DNA of 58,534 bases, from NCBI GenBank assembly GCA_005893295.1, contig VBOY01000072.1, positions 1 through 58,534 of the forward strand, written 5' to 3'. This document shows, one piece after another, positions 7,368 to 16,350 of the stretch. The DNA comes from Candidatus Eiseniibacteriota bacterium. Lineage in GTDB: Bacteria > Eisenbacteria > RBG-16-71-46. Both the position numbers and the translations under genes were made by a program. The notes under the pieces are model-generated. The model worked only from the letters and a program-made list of their open reading frames with translations, was not told the DNA's origin and searched no databases. Positions within the stretch are counted from its first letter, which is position 1; every line of letters begins with the position of its first letter.

Positions 7368-10300
7368 CTATGACAGGTCGCTGGCAGTGCGCTCGGCAGC
7401 CCTGCGCTCGATCCGGAAACTTCGGATCTTGCTCAACAGGGTCGGATAGCTCAGACCCAGCTCGCGCGCTACGCGTGCCTTGTTCCAGCGGTTGCGCTCC
7501 AGCGATTCGCCAATCATTCGTCGCTCGAGGTTTGCGACGTTGTGGCGCAAGGTGCGCACCCTGCCCCTGTCCGCCTCGGCCGGATGCTTCTCCATCATCT
7601 CGGGAGGCAGCAAGCCGGGCCCCAGCGCGTCGCCCTCGTCGGCGAGCACCACCATGCGGCGCACCGTTTTGTCGAGCTCGCGCACATTGCCACGCCACTC
7701 GTAGATCATGAAGACCCGCATCACTTCGGGCAGGAACCCCTTCAGGGTCTTGTCCATCTGACGACTCGCGATCGCCAGGAAATGCTGGGCCAATACCGGA
7801 ATGTCCTCGCGCCGCTCGCGCAGCGCCGGGACGCGCACCGTGATGTCGTTGAGCCTGTAGTAGAGGTCCTCGAGGAAACGGCCTTGCTGGATGCGTTGGC
7901 GCAAGTCACAGCCGGTGGCGCAGATCACGCGCGAGTCGACGCGCTTGCTGCGGGTCGCGCCTACCGCGCGGATCTCGCCGCGGTCGAGCACGTGCAGCAG
8001 CTTGGCCTGGACCGACTCGGGGACTTTCTCGATCTCGTCGAGGAAGATCGTGCCTCCCTCGGCTTCCTCGAACAAGCCGGCCTTGTCCCGCACCGCGCCC
8101 GTGAAGGCACCATGCACGTGCCCGAACAGCTCGCTTTCGAGTAGCTGCTCTGGGATCGCGGCACAGTTGACGTGCAGGAACGGCCGCTCGCGACGGCTGG
8201 AGACCTCGTGAACCACTTGGGCGAGCAGGCCCTTGCCGGTGCCGGTCTCGCCCATGAACAGCACCGACGCCGGGCTGTCGCCGATCTTCGACAACAGGTG
8301 GAGGATGTCGGTCATCGCCCGCGACTGGCACACCACCCGATCCAGACCGGGGCTGGGAAGCAGCCGCTCGCGCAGCGCCTGGTTCTCCTTGAGCAGCATC
8401 GAGCGCTGCGCCTCGACGATCGCGACCGCCGCGGTGTTCGTGAACACCGCGAGCAGGTTGAGCTCGCGTTGCCGGAACGGCCCCAAGAGGTTGTCGCTCA
8501 GGCGATCGACGTAGACCACCCCCACGGATTGCGAGGGGAAGTTGAGCGGCACGCATACCAACGAGCCGACGCCCTCGAGATCGCCGCGGAGTGCGTGGAG
8601 GAACCGCGGGTCGGCCGCGACCCGGCTCGAGAACAGCGGGCCGCTCTCCCCGATCTTCGGGCCGGTGACGCGCTCGATCGAGCGCAGGATGCGCCGTGCG
8701 CGCTCGCGACCCATTCCATGCTGCGCCACGACTCCGAGCCGGACGCCGGCCGAGCTGAATGCCACGAAACCTCGATCCCCACCCGCGTTCTCGACCGCCA
8801 GCTTGACCGCTTGCGCCAACAGCCCATCCATGTCCGAGGCGTCGCGGAACAACCGGTTGGCCTCTTCGAGGGCCCGGAATTCGTTGCAGGTCGAAAGAGA
8901 CACGGCGACGTATTGCTGCTCGAGCTCGCGGCGCAGTGCTCCCGCCCGGTCCTCGGCCTTCTCGTCGCCGGCCTCGGGAAGCCAGGATTCCGCCTGCTCC
9001 AGGAGCCCGAGCGCGGCGTCGTAGTGCTCGCGCTCGGCCTCGAGCCGGGCCAGGTTGAGGATCGCTTCGGCCGCCGGCGCCAGGATGCCCAGCTCGCGGA
9101 ACAACACCGCGGCACGGCGCGCGGCTTCCGACACGGGCTCGAGGACCACTTGGACGCGCTGGCCGCCGGGCAGCAGCAGGACCAGCTCGGCCCACGCCGC
9201 CAGCGTAGTCGCCAGCTCGTAGGTCTCCTGAAGCTGCTCGAAGCATGCACAGGCGCTCTGCACCCTGGCTTCGAGCCGCCCCGCACCGCCCTGCAACGCC
9301 TCGATCCGGGCCAGGCCCCGCTCGGCCACGCCTTGCTCCAGACGATCGCCGAGGCGCCCGGCCAGCTGGGCACCGCTCATGAGGCGCGCCCGAGATTCCT
9401 CGACCCTACCGAGCTGGCCGAGCGCGATGCCGAGCCGGATCTCCAGCTCGCTCGCGAGGTCCCCTGCGGGGGCCAGCCGACGTGCTTCCTCCAAGGCCGG
9501 CTCCAGCAGGGCCACGGCGGCCCCGGGATGGCCGCGATCGATCTCGACCTCGGCCAGGAACTCACGTCCCAACAGGCTCTCGCGCACCGCCGAGACCCCG
9601 TCGGCCAGCGCGATCGCGCGGCGGAAATGCTCTTCGGCCGAGTCGAGCTGGCGGCGGCGGCGGGCGAGTCGTCCGATGGCCAAGAGCGCCGTGGCCTCGC
9701 CCTGCTGGTGGCCCAACTCCTGGGAAATCTGGAGCGAACGCCGAAAACTCTCCGCGGCGAGGTCCCATTGACCCAGGTTGAAGCGGATCAGACCCAAGTT
9801 CTGGTGGTGGCCGCGCATCCGGGAATAAAGCCCCGCGCGCTCGTCGATCTTGAGCGCTTGCTCGAGGAAACGCGTCGCTTCGCGCCACTCGCGAAGGTTC
9901 TTGTAGACCAGCCCGAGATTGTTGAGCGCCGTCACCAGGCCATCCGGATCGTCGATGCGACGGAAGGTGGCGGCGGCGTCTTGGAGCCATTCGATCGCCT
10001 CGGCGCTGCGGCCGAGGCGAGCCGCGCACAGCCCCATCGCCACCCCGACCTGCCCCACGGCCCGGTGCCGATCGGTGTTGCGCAGCACCTGGTAGGCGTA
10101 GCGCGCGTAGCGGCGAGCCTTACGGTAGAGGCCCAGCTCGACCAGCGAACGGGCCCGCTGGGCGGCCACTTCTGCCGCGCGCAGGCGGGGCTGGTCCAAG
10201 TCGCGGGCGACGCGTCGCGCGTCGGACAGGATGCGTAGGGCGGACTCGAAATCACCGCGGCGGTAGTGGGCTTCCGCCAATCGGAGCGTGATTCGGAATC

Positions 10301-10469
10301 GATCGGGCGCGGCATGGTCCGCGGTGCGAAGCGCCGCCGCGTACTCCTCCGCCGCGCCGGCGAAGTTGTCGGCCGCGAAGTACAGGTCGCCGATTGATTC
10401 GCGCCGTCCCGTGCCGTCTTTCAAAGGAAGACGCGCGTGAGTCGAATCGGGGGGGATCGCTCGATGCAC
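7368..10469 (-). CDS. Sigma-54-dependent transcriptional activator: TPR repeats + GAF + AAA+ + Fis-type HTH
   Basis: 1033 aa with a GTG start. The N-terminal half is TPR-like repeats. The AAA+ core has VLFMGETGTGKG (Walker A), GAFTGA and GGTIFLDEI. The C-terminal HTH reads ARVARELGLSYPTLLSKI. Confidence 0.85.
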   Translation of the reverse strand: MHRAIPPDSTHARLPLKDGTGRRESIGDLYFAADNFAGAAEEYAAALRTADHAAPDRFRITLRLAEAHYRRGDFESALRILSDARRVARDLDQPRLRAAEVAAQRARSLVELGLYRKARRYARYAYQVLRNTDRHRAVGQVGVAMGLCAARLGRSAEAIEWLQDAAATFRRIDDPDGLVTALNNLGLVYKNLREWREATRFLEQALKIDERAGLYSRMRGHHQNLGLIRFNLGQWDLAAESFRRSLQISQELGHQQGEATALLAIGRLARRRRQLDSAEEHFRRAIALADGVSAVRESLLGREFLAEVEIDRGHPGAAVALLEPALEEARRLAPAGDLASELEIRLGIALGQLGRVEESRARLMSGAQLAGRLGDRLEQGVAERGLARIEALQGGAGRLEARVQSACACFEQLQETYELATTLAAWAELVLLLPGGQRVQVVLEPVSEAARRAAVLFRELGILAPAAEAILNLARLEAEREHYDAALGLLEQAESWLPEAGDEKAEDRAGALRRELEQQYVAVSLSTCNEFRALEEANRLFRDASDMDGLLAQAVKLAVENAGGDRGFVAFSSAGVRLGVVAQHGMGRERARRILRSIERVTGPKIGESGPLFSSRVAADPRFLHALRGDLEGVGSLVCVPLNFPSQSVGVVYVDRLSDNLLGPFRQRELNLLAVFTNTAAVAIVEAQRSMLLKENQALRERLLPSPGLDRVVCQSRAMTDILHLLSKIGDSPASVLFMGETGTGKGLLAQVVHEVSSRRERPFLHVNCAAIPEQLLESELFGHVHGAFTGAVRDKAGLFEEAEGGTIFLDEIEKVPESVQAKLLHVLDRGEIRAVGATRSKRVDSRVICATGCDLRQRIQQGRFLEDLYYRLNDITVRVPALRERREDIPVLAQHFLAIASRQMDKTLKGFLPEVMRVFMIYEWRGNVRELDKTVRRMVVLADEGDALGPGLLPPEMMEKHPAEADRGRVRTLRHNVANLERRMIGESLERNRWNKARVARELGLSYPTLLSKIRSFRIERRAAERTASDLS

Positions 10470-10566
10470 GTTCGAACCCTCGGAATCCTGTTCTCGGCTC
10501 TCGTTGAATGCCCCCGTGGCTCGTCCGGGGACACTTCTACGACACGTGAGAGCCGCGCTCGACGAC

Positions 10567-10863
10567 CTAGAGCGCGGCTCTCAAGTACCACGCCGCCCAG
10601 ACGCTCCTGACCCGCTGGTACCACGAGCTGTGGCCTTCGCCTTCCGGGACCCGTCCCACGCGATGCCGGACCACGATCGTCTGGCCGACATCGGGATCGC
10701 CTGAAGTGATGACGGCGATCGGCCTCGGGGACGGGTTCGAGCCACCGCTTGAACCGGGGCTCCAACCGGCGGGCGGCCGCGCCTGGGCGCTACCCCAGCC
10801 GAGGGCCAGCGTTGCCATCACCAGGACAACGAAGACGAGAAGCGGGAAACGATGTTTGTTCAT
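10567..10863 (-). CDS. Small secreted hypothetical protein
   Basis: I chose the start at ATG 10863 (GGAGGG upstream). The signal peptide is MNKHRFPLLVFVVLVMATLALGWGSAQA. The track ORF extends to 10998. Confidence 0.4.
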   Translation of the reverse strand: MNKHRFPLLVFVVLVMATLALGWGSAQARPPAGWSPGSSGGSNPSPRPIAVITSGDPDVGQTIVVRHRVGRVPEGEGHSSWYQRVRSVWAAWYLRAAL

Positions 10864-10969
10864 GCGCTGGCTACTCCCTCCACGTTCGGGTGGACACCGA
10901 CACGACAGCCTTGAGGCCCATCGGGCTTCGAGGGGTGTCGCGAGGGGACCTCGTTTCAGCGCCACTTCG

Positions 10970-10998
10970 AGTATCCGCTGCGCGCTCGAAGGCGTCAA
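10970..10998 (-). promoter_or_regulatory. Candidate sigma-70-type promoter
   Basis: The reverse strand reads TTGACG-N17-GATACT, in the gap between ppx and the small secreted gene. Confidence 0.3.
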
Positions 10999-11014
10999 CG
11001 ACCAAGATGCCGCG

Positions 11015-11980
11015 CTAGGCGTCCTCCACTGCCTTGGCGGCTTGGCGGGCGAGGCCGTAGCGCAGTCCTTGGGTCGAGCACACGAGCGCGCGGGCCCGGA
11101 AGCGCTCCATCATGAGACGGACCACCAAGACCCCTGCCACCACGATGTCCGAGCGGCCCCGGCCCATGACGGCCCAGGTCCTGCGCTCGGCTTCGCTCGA
11201 GCCGAGCACTCGGTCGACCAAGACCTCCAGCCGGTCGCGGCCGATGGTCCAACCCTCGATGCGGGAAGGCTCGTAGGCGTCGAGACCGCGGTCGAGGGCG
11301 GCGAGCACCGTCACCGTGCCTCCCACCCCGGCCAGCAGGGGCGTCGACTCGGGCATCGCGATCAAGGCGGCTCCGAGCTCGGCGCGCACGTGACGCTCGA
11401 GCGATTCGATCATGGCCGGCGTCGGCGGGCCGTTGCCCAGGTGCCGCTCGGTCAGGCTCACCGCTCCGAACGAAAGGCTCGCCCAGCGACCCGCGCGCGC
11501 TCCCACGCCGCTCACTACTTCGGTGCTGCCGCCGCCGAGGTCGAACACGATACAGGCGCTGCTGCGCGCGACGCTGCCGAGGCCGATCACCACGGCCTCG
11601 TAGACCAGCTGCGCCTCCTCGTCGCCGCTCAGGATGTGGACCGGCACCCCACTCTTCTCGGCGATCGTCGCCCCGATCTCGGCGCCGTTGGCGGCGCCGC
11701 GCAGCGCCGCGGTCGCCCCGATTCGCAGGCGCGCCGCGCCCAGCGCGCGGGCACGCCCCACGAAGTCCTTGACCAAGTCCGCCGCGCGTGCCGCGATCTC
11801 GGGATCGATCCTTCCCGTCCGCTCGAGGCCCCGGCCGAGCCGGCATGGTTCTCCGGCGCGGGCGAGCGTCAGCAGGTTGGTGGCGCCGCCATCGAGCGAC
11901 ACCTCGGCGACCAGGAGACGGATCGAATTCGTGCCGACGTCGATCGCTCCGACGCGCACCGTGCGCGAGGGGAAAGTCAC
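11015..11980 (-). CDS. ppx: Ppx/GppA-family phosphatase (exopolyphosphatase-like)
   Basis: 321 aa with a GTG start and AAGGA upstream. The N-terminal motif VGAIDVGTNSIRLLVAEV and DLGGGSTEVV are ASKHA-fold phosphate motifs. Confidence 0.8.
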   Translation of the reverse strand: MTFPSRTVRVGAIDVGTNSIRLLVAEVSLDGGATNLLTLARAGEPCRLGRGLERTGRIDPEIAARAADLVKDFVGRARALGAARLRIGATAALRGAANGAEIGATIAEKSGVPVHILSGDEEAQLVYEAVVIGLGSVARSSACIVFDLGGGSTEVVSGVGARAGRWASLSFGAVSLTERHLGNGPPTPAMIESLERHVRAELGAALIAMPESTPLLAGVGGTVTVLAALDRGLDAYEPSRIEGWTIGRDRLEVLVDRVLGSSEAERRTWAVMGRGRSDIVVAGVLVVRLMMERFRARALVCSTQGLRYGLARQAAKAVEDA

Positions 11981-12087
11981 GTGAGTCCTTTAGGAAAGCA
12001 CGGCGGATCCCGCCGCGGCCGGCCCTGCGATTGATCGGTGGGGTCTATCCCTCGAGACCCGTGGACGCTCCATACCACGAGGTTCCG

Positions 12088-12116
12088 TTGACCGCAATCG
12101 GCCGCCTTGTTAGCGT
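12088..12116 (+). promoter_or_regulatory. Candidate sigma-70-type promoter upstream of rlmN
   Basis: TTGACC-N17-TAGCGT, ending about 37 nt before ATG 12153. Confidence 0.3.
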
Positions 12117-12152
12117 CCAGACTCGGCCGGCTCACGCACGGTAGGGTCCCGA

Positions 12153-13226
12153 ATGTCCGCCCATTCCCTCGCCTCGATCTCGCCTCCGCCCAGCCTGTTC
12201 GGGCTCAGCCGCGCCGCGCTCGCTGCGCGGCTGGCCGACCGTGGCATGCCGGCGTACCGGGCGGATCAGATCTTCGGCTGGGTCTACCAGAAGCATCACC
12301 GTTCGGCCGACCGTATGCTCAACCTGCCGGCTCCCCTGCGCGATGGCTTCCACGAGGTGTGCTCGCTCGCGCTCCCCGAGGTGGTCTCGCTCCGCTCGAC
12401 CTCGGACCAAAGCACCCACAAGTTCGCGCTCGGACTCGCCGACCACGCGCGGGTGGAATGCGTTTCGATGCGCGCCGAGCGCCGCCTCACCTTCTGTTTG
12501 TCGAGCCAGGTCGGGTGCGCGCTCGGTTGCACGTTTTGCGCCACCGGACTGATGGGCCTCACCCGCAACTTGAGCGCCGGCGAGATCGTGGCCCAGGTCC
12601 TGGTGATGGGAGACTTCCATGCCTGGCGCGACGCGCGCTTCAACCTGGTCTTCATGGGAATGGGCGAGCCGCTCGCCAACTTCGGGCCGCTGGTCGATGC
12701 GATCCACGTCCTACGCGACGCGAAGGGGCTCGGCCTCGGGGCGCGCCGCATCACGGTGTCGACGAGCGGCGTGGTGCCGCACATCGGGCGCCTCGCCGAC
12801 CAGGGATTGCCGCTCGGCCTGGCGATCTCGCTCCATGCCACCACCGACGAGCTGCGCAATCGGCTGGTGCCGATCAACCGGCGCTGGCCGCTCGCCGAGC
12901 TGCTGGACGCGGCGCGGGCCTACGGCCGGCACACCGGGCGCCGCGTGACGCTCGAGTACACGCTGCTCGCCGGCGTGAACGACGGTCCCGAGGACGCGGC
13001 GCGGCTCGCCGCCATCGCGCGCCGCCTGCCGAGCAAGATCAACCTCATTCCGTACAACCCGGTTCCCGGGATGGCGTGGAAGCGTCCCACGCAGGAGGCG
13101 ATCGAGGCCTTTGCCGAGCGGCTGTACCCGATTGCGCCCGCGGTGACGGTTCGCAAGACCCTGGGCGGGGAGATCTGGGCGGCCTGCGGCCAACTCGGGG
13201 CCGCGAGCGACGCGAGCGAGGCGTAG
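12153..13226 (+). CDS. rlmN: 23S rRNA/tRNA (adenine-C2)-methyltransferase, radical SAM
   Basis: 357 aa with the radical-SAM cluster motif SSQVGCALGCTFCATG and the RlmN-type N-terminus (YRADQIFGWVY). Confidence 0.9.
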   Translation: MSAHSLASISPPPSLFGLSRAALAARLADRGMPAYRADQIFGWVYQKHHRSADRMLNLPAPLRDGFHEVCSLALPEVVSLRSTSDQSTHKFALGLADHARVECVSMRAERRLTFCLSSQVGCALGCTFCATGLMGLTRNLSAGEIVAQVLVMGDFHAWRDARFNLVFMGMGEPLANFGPLVDAIHVLRDAKGLGLGARRITVSTSGVVPHIGRLADQGLPLGLAISLHATTDELRNRLVPINRRWPLAELLDAARAYGRHTGRRVTLEYTLLAGVNDGPEDAARLAAIARRLPSKINLIPYNPVPGMAWKRPTQEAIEAFAERLYPIAPAVTVRKTLGGEIWAACGQLGAASDASEA

Positions 13227-13348
13227 TTGGCGCTCCCCCGCTTGGCATGGGCCGCCGTCGACCAGCAGCGGGAGCACGCGACGAGTGAGGCCATTCATGG
13301 GGACCCCGCGAGGGAGCGTCGTCCCCGCGGGTCGTCGCCGAATCCAGG

Positions 13349-14878
13349 ATGACGCTCCGCGCGCGTCTCGTGGTGGCGTTCCTGGCGCTGGCCCTGGTGC
13401 CGACCGCCGCGCTCACCTGGCTCACCCTCGATCGTCTCGACCGCACCATGAGGATGTGGAGCACGCCGGGGGTCGAGCACACGCTCCAGTCGGCTCTCGA
13501 GATGAGCAAGTCCCTGGTGACCCGCCTCGAAGCGACGGTGACCGCCCAGGCCCAGGACTGGGCCCAGGCGCTCCCTCCGGGGCCGCTGAATGAGCCCCGC
13601 CGCACCGCGATCCGCATCGGCCTGAGGACCGCCGGCCTCGACTTCGTCCAGGTCTATCAGCTGCATGGAGACGGCTGGCGCCTGGTCGAGGAGGTGCGCC
13701 CCCCGGGAGTGCTCGCCGCCGTCCCGCTCGACCTCTCTTCGGACCTGCCGGCCGCTCTGGCCTCGGATCGTCTGGTGCGGTCGCGGCGCGGAGCGCTGGC
13801 CGGCGTGTCGCCAGCCGATTCGGGACGAGCGGTCGTGGCGGGTCTCCACGTCAATCCCGATTTCTTCGACCAGATCCAACGGGTCGGCGAGGGTGTGGGC
13901 TTCTACCGCCGATTCTCCGTGGTGCGCGACGTGTCGCGAATCTACCTGCTGCTGCTGGTCTTCGCCGTGGCGTTGACGCTCTCGGTCCTGGCGTTGTGGG
14001 TGGCCACGGCGCTCGCGCGCGGCATGACGCGTCCCTTGCACCGGATCGAGGACGCGCTCGAGCGCGTTGCGGCCGGTGACCTCGAAGCCCGGGTCGCGCC
14101 TGCCGGCGCCGCCGAGATGCGCGCTCTGGCGCAGCGCTTCAACGCCATGACCGAGCGATTGGCGGGGGCGCGCCTCGCACTCCAGGAAGCCGAGCGCGAG
14201 GCGGCGTGGCGAGACGTGGCGCGCCGGCTGGCGCACGAGTTCAAGAACCTTTTGACGCCCATGTCGCTCTCGCTGCATCGTCTGCGGCGCCGCGCCGGGG
14301 CGGTGCCGGAGAACGAGCGCGTCGCGGTCGACGAGAGCTTGAAGGCGCTGTCGCAGAGCGTGGACCAGATGGCGCGCCTGGCCGAGCAGTTCTCGCAGTA
14401 CGCGCGGCTCCCCGAGCCGCGCTTCGAGCGGATCGACCTCGGCGAGGTGACGCGGGCGGCGGTGGCGCTGCATGAGCACGAGGGGATCACGATCGTGGTG
14501 ATGGGGGACGATCCGACGCCGGTGCGCGGGGACGGCTTGCTGTTGTCGCGCGCGATCCACAACTTGGTGCTCAACGCCTGCGAGGCGAGCGAGCCGGGGG
14601 CGACGGTCGAGCTGCGGGTCACGGCGCGGGGGGGCGAGGCCATGGTCGAAGTCCTGGACCGCGGCAGCGGGCTCGATCCCGAGGTCGAGCCTCGGCTGTT
14701 CGAACCCTACGTGAGCACGAAGCGGCGCGGCAGCGGTCTTGGCTTGTCGCTGGCGCGGGACATCGCCGGGCAGCACCGGGGCACGGTGCGGCTCGAGAAC
14801 CGGGAAGGCGGCGGGGCGCAGGCGCTGCTGCGACTGCCGCTCGACGAGGAGGGCGGCCCTTGGACCGCGAGCGCATGA
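13349..14878 (+). CDS. Membrane sensor histidine kinase (NtrY-like)
   Basis: 509 aa with two hydrophobic segments and a HAMP-like linker. H-box LAHEFKNLLTPM. ATPase boxes NLVLNACEA, DRGSGL and GSGLGLSLA. Confidence 0.85.
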   Translation: MTLRARLVVAFLALALVPTAALTWLTLDRLDRTMRMWSTPGVEHTLQSALEMSKSLVTRLEATVTAQAQDWAQALPPGPLNEPRRTAIRIGLRTAGLDFVQVYQLHGDGWRLVEEVRPPGVLAAVPLDLSSDLPAALASDRLVRSRRGALAGVSPADSGRAVVAGLHVNPDFFDQIQRVGEGVGFYRRFSVVRDVSRIYLLLLVFAVALTLSVLALWVATALARGMTRPLHRIEDALERVAAGDLEARVAPAGAAEMRALAQRFNAMTERLAGARLALQEAEREAAWRDVARRLAHEFKNLLTPMSLSLHRLRRRAGAVPENERVAVDESLKALSQSVDQMARLAEQFSQYARLPEPRFERIDLGEVTRAAVALHEHEGITIVVMGDDPTPVRGDGLLLSRAIHNLVLNACEASEPGATVELRVTARGGEAMVEVLDRGSGLDPEVEPRLFEPYVSTKRRGSGLGLSLARDIAGQHRGTVRLENREGGGAQALLRLPLDEEGGPWTASA

Positions 14879-16215
14879 GCCGACGAACGCGACTGGACGT
14901 GCTGGTGGTGGACGACGACCCGGACATCCGCCGCACCCTGCGGGGGGTGCTCGAAGACGAAGGGCACGCGGTGGCCGAGGCCGACAACGGCCCGCGGGCG
15001 CTGGCCGCGCTCGAGGGGCGGCGCTTCGACGTGGTGCTGCTGGACGTCAAGATGCCCGGCATGGACGGGCTCCAGGCGCTCGACATGATCCGCGAGCAGG
15101 CGCCGAGGACCGGCGTGATCATGGTCTCGGGCGAGAGCACGATCTCGACCGCGGTGCAGGCCATCAAGCGCGGTGCGTTCGACTTCATCGAGAAGCCGGT
15201 GGACCCGGACCAGCTGCTGGGCGTGCTCAGACAAGCGGCGCAGGTGACCGAGCTGAGAGAGAGCCCGGTCACGCACTCCGGCGAGCTGGGAATCGTCGGT
15301 CGCAGCCCGGCGATCGCCGCGCTGATCGCCGACATCAAGCGCGTCGCTCCCTCGAACGCCAAGGTGCTCATCACCGGCGAGAACGGCTCGGGCAAGGATC
15401 TGGTGGCCGAGGCGATCCACCGACTCTCGAAGCGGTCCGAGCGGCCGTTCGTCAAGCTCAACTGCGCGGCGATCCCCAAGGACCTGGTGGAAAGCGAGCT
15501 GTTCGGGCACGAAAAGGGGGCGTTCACGGGCGCGGGGCAGCGCAAGCAGGGCCGGCTCGAGCGCGCCGACGCAGGGACGCTGTTCCTCGACGAGATCGGC
15601 GACCTGTCGAGCGAGTCGCAGGCGAAACTGCTGCGCGCCATCGAGACCGGAGAGGTCGATCGCATCGGGGCCACGGAAACGATCCGCGTCGACGTGCGGA
15701 TCCTCTCGGCCACCAACAAGGATCTCGCGACGGCGATGGATTCGGGAGAGTTCCGTCGCGATCTCTACTACCGCCTGAGCGCGCTGCCGCTGCACGTGCC
15801 GCCGCTACGCGAGCGGCGCGCCGACGTGGCGCTGCTGGCGGAGCACTTCCTCGCCGCCTTCTGTGCCAGCGAAGGTCGGCCTCAGAAACGGCTCACCGCA
15901 GAGGCGTCCGCGCTGCTGGAAGAATACCGGTGGCCCGGCAACGTGCGCGAGCTGAAGAACCTCATGGAGCGAGCGGCGATCCTGGTGGACGGGCCCGAGG
16001 TGCGCGGGGAGGATTTGGCGGCGTGGCTCGAAGCCGGCCCGCCGACAACCGACGCCGCCGGGCTGCGTGGCGAGATCGAGCGTCGCGAGGCGGAGGCGAT
16101 CCGCAAGGCTCTCGAGGGGGCGGGTTGGAACGTGACCCAGGCGGCAGCGGGGCTCGGGATCGATCGCACCAACCTGCATCGAAAGATGCGCAAGTACGGT
16201 CTGGCGCGGCGCTGA
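14875..16215 (+). CDS. Sigma-54-dependent response regulator (NtrC/NtrX family)
   Basis: Receiver domain (VLVVDDDPDI ... LLDVKMPGMDG), AAA+ domain (GENGSGKD, GAFTGA, TLFLDEI) and a C-terminal HTH. ATG 14875 overlaps the kinase stop (ATGA). The track ORF starts at 14860. Confidence 0.85.
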   Translation: MSRRTRLDVLVVDDDPDIRRTLRGVLEDEGHAVAEADNGPRALAALEGRRFDVVLLDVKMPGMDGLQALDMIREQAPRTGVIMVSGESTISTAVQAIKRGAFDFIEKPVDPDQLLGVLRQAAQVTELRESPVTHSGELGIVGRSPAIAALIADIKRVAPSNAKVLITGENGSGKDLVAEAIHRLSKRSERPFVKLNCAAIPKDLVESELFGHEKGAFTGAGQRKQGRLERADAGTLFLDEIGDLSSESQAKLLRAIETGEVDRIGATETIRVDVRILSATNKDLATAMDSGEFRRDLYYRLSALPLHVPPLRERRADVALLAEHFLAAFCASEGRPQKRLTAEASALLEEYRWPGNVRELKNLMERAAILVDGPEVRGEDLAAWLEAGPPTTDAAGLRGEIERREAEAIRKALEGAGWNVTQAAAGLGIDRTNLHRKMRKYGLARR

Positions 16216-16288
16216 GCGGGTGGGCGCGCAGGTGGCGCGCACTCCACGCGCGAACGGCGGGAGATGGCGAGCGACATGATCCTGACGA

Positions 16289-16303
16289 TGGTACGAGGCT
16301 TGC
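16289..16303 (+). promoter_or_regulatory. Sigma-54 promoter
   Basis: TGGTAC-GAGGC-TTGC (GG-N10-GC), 48 nt upstream of ATG 16351 and directly downstream of the response-regulator gene. Confidence 0.6.
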
Positions 16304-16350
16304 GGAATTCGTGGGCGCTCCCGACCATCCGCCCACGGAGGACGAACCAC

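Noticed and set aside
6890-7368. Possible housekeeping ncRNA or riboswitch in the 650-nt gap. I screened by eye for RNase P, tmRNA, SRP/4.5S and 6S RNAs and the c-di-GMP-I riboswitch.
   Set aside because: None of the remembered conserved cores is present on either strand (e.g. GGAAAGUCCGGGC, ACAGAACCCGGCUUA, the tmRNA acceptor ends, GGACGCAAAGCC). I report only the sigma-54 motif and the palindromes.
8172-10238. Long antisense or alternate-frame ORFs: 8172-10238 (+), 7906-9246 (-), 14739-16982 (+), 40227-41651 (-), 44956-46422 (+), 49370-51448 (-), 54451-55830 (+), 56505-58268 (-), and many shorter ones.
   Set aside because: Each overlaps a gene with clear family motifs on the other strand or in another frame. 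Their products are Arg/Pro/Gly/Ala-rich with no recognisable domains.
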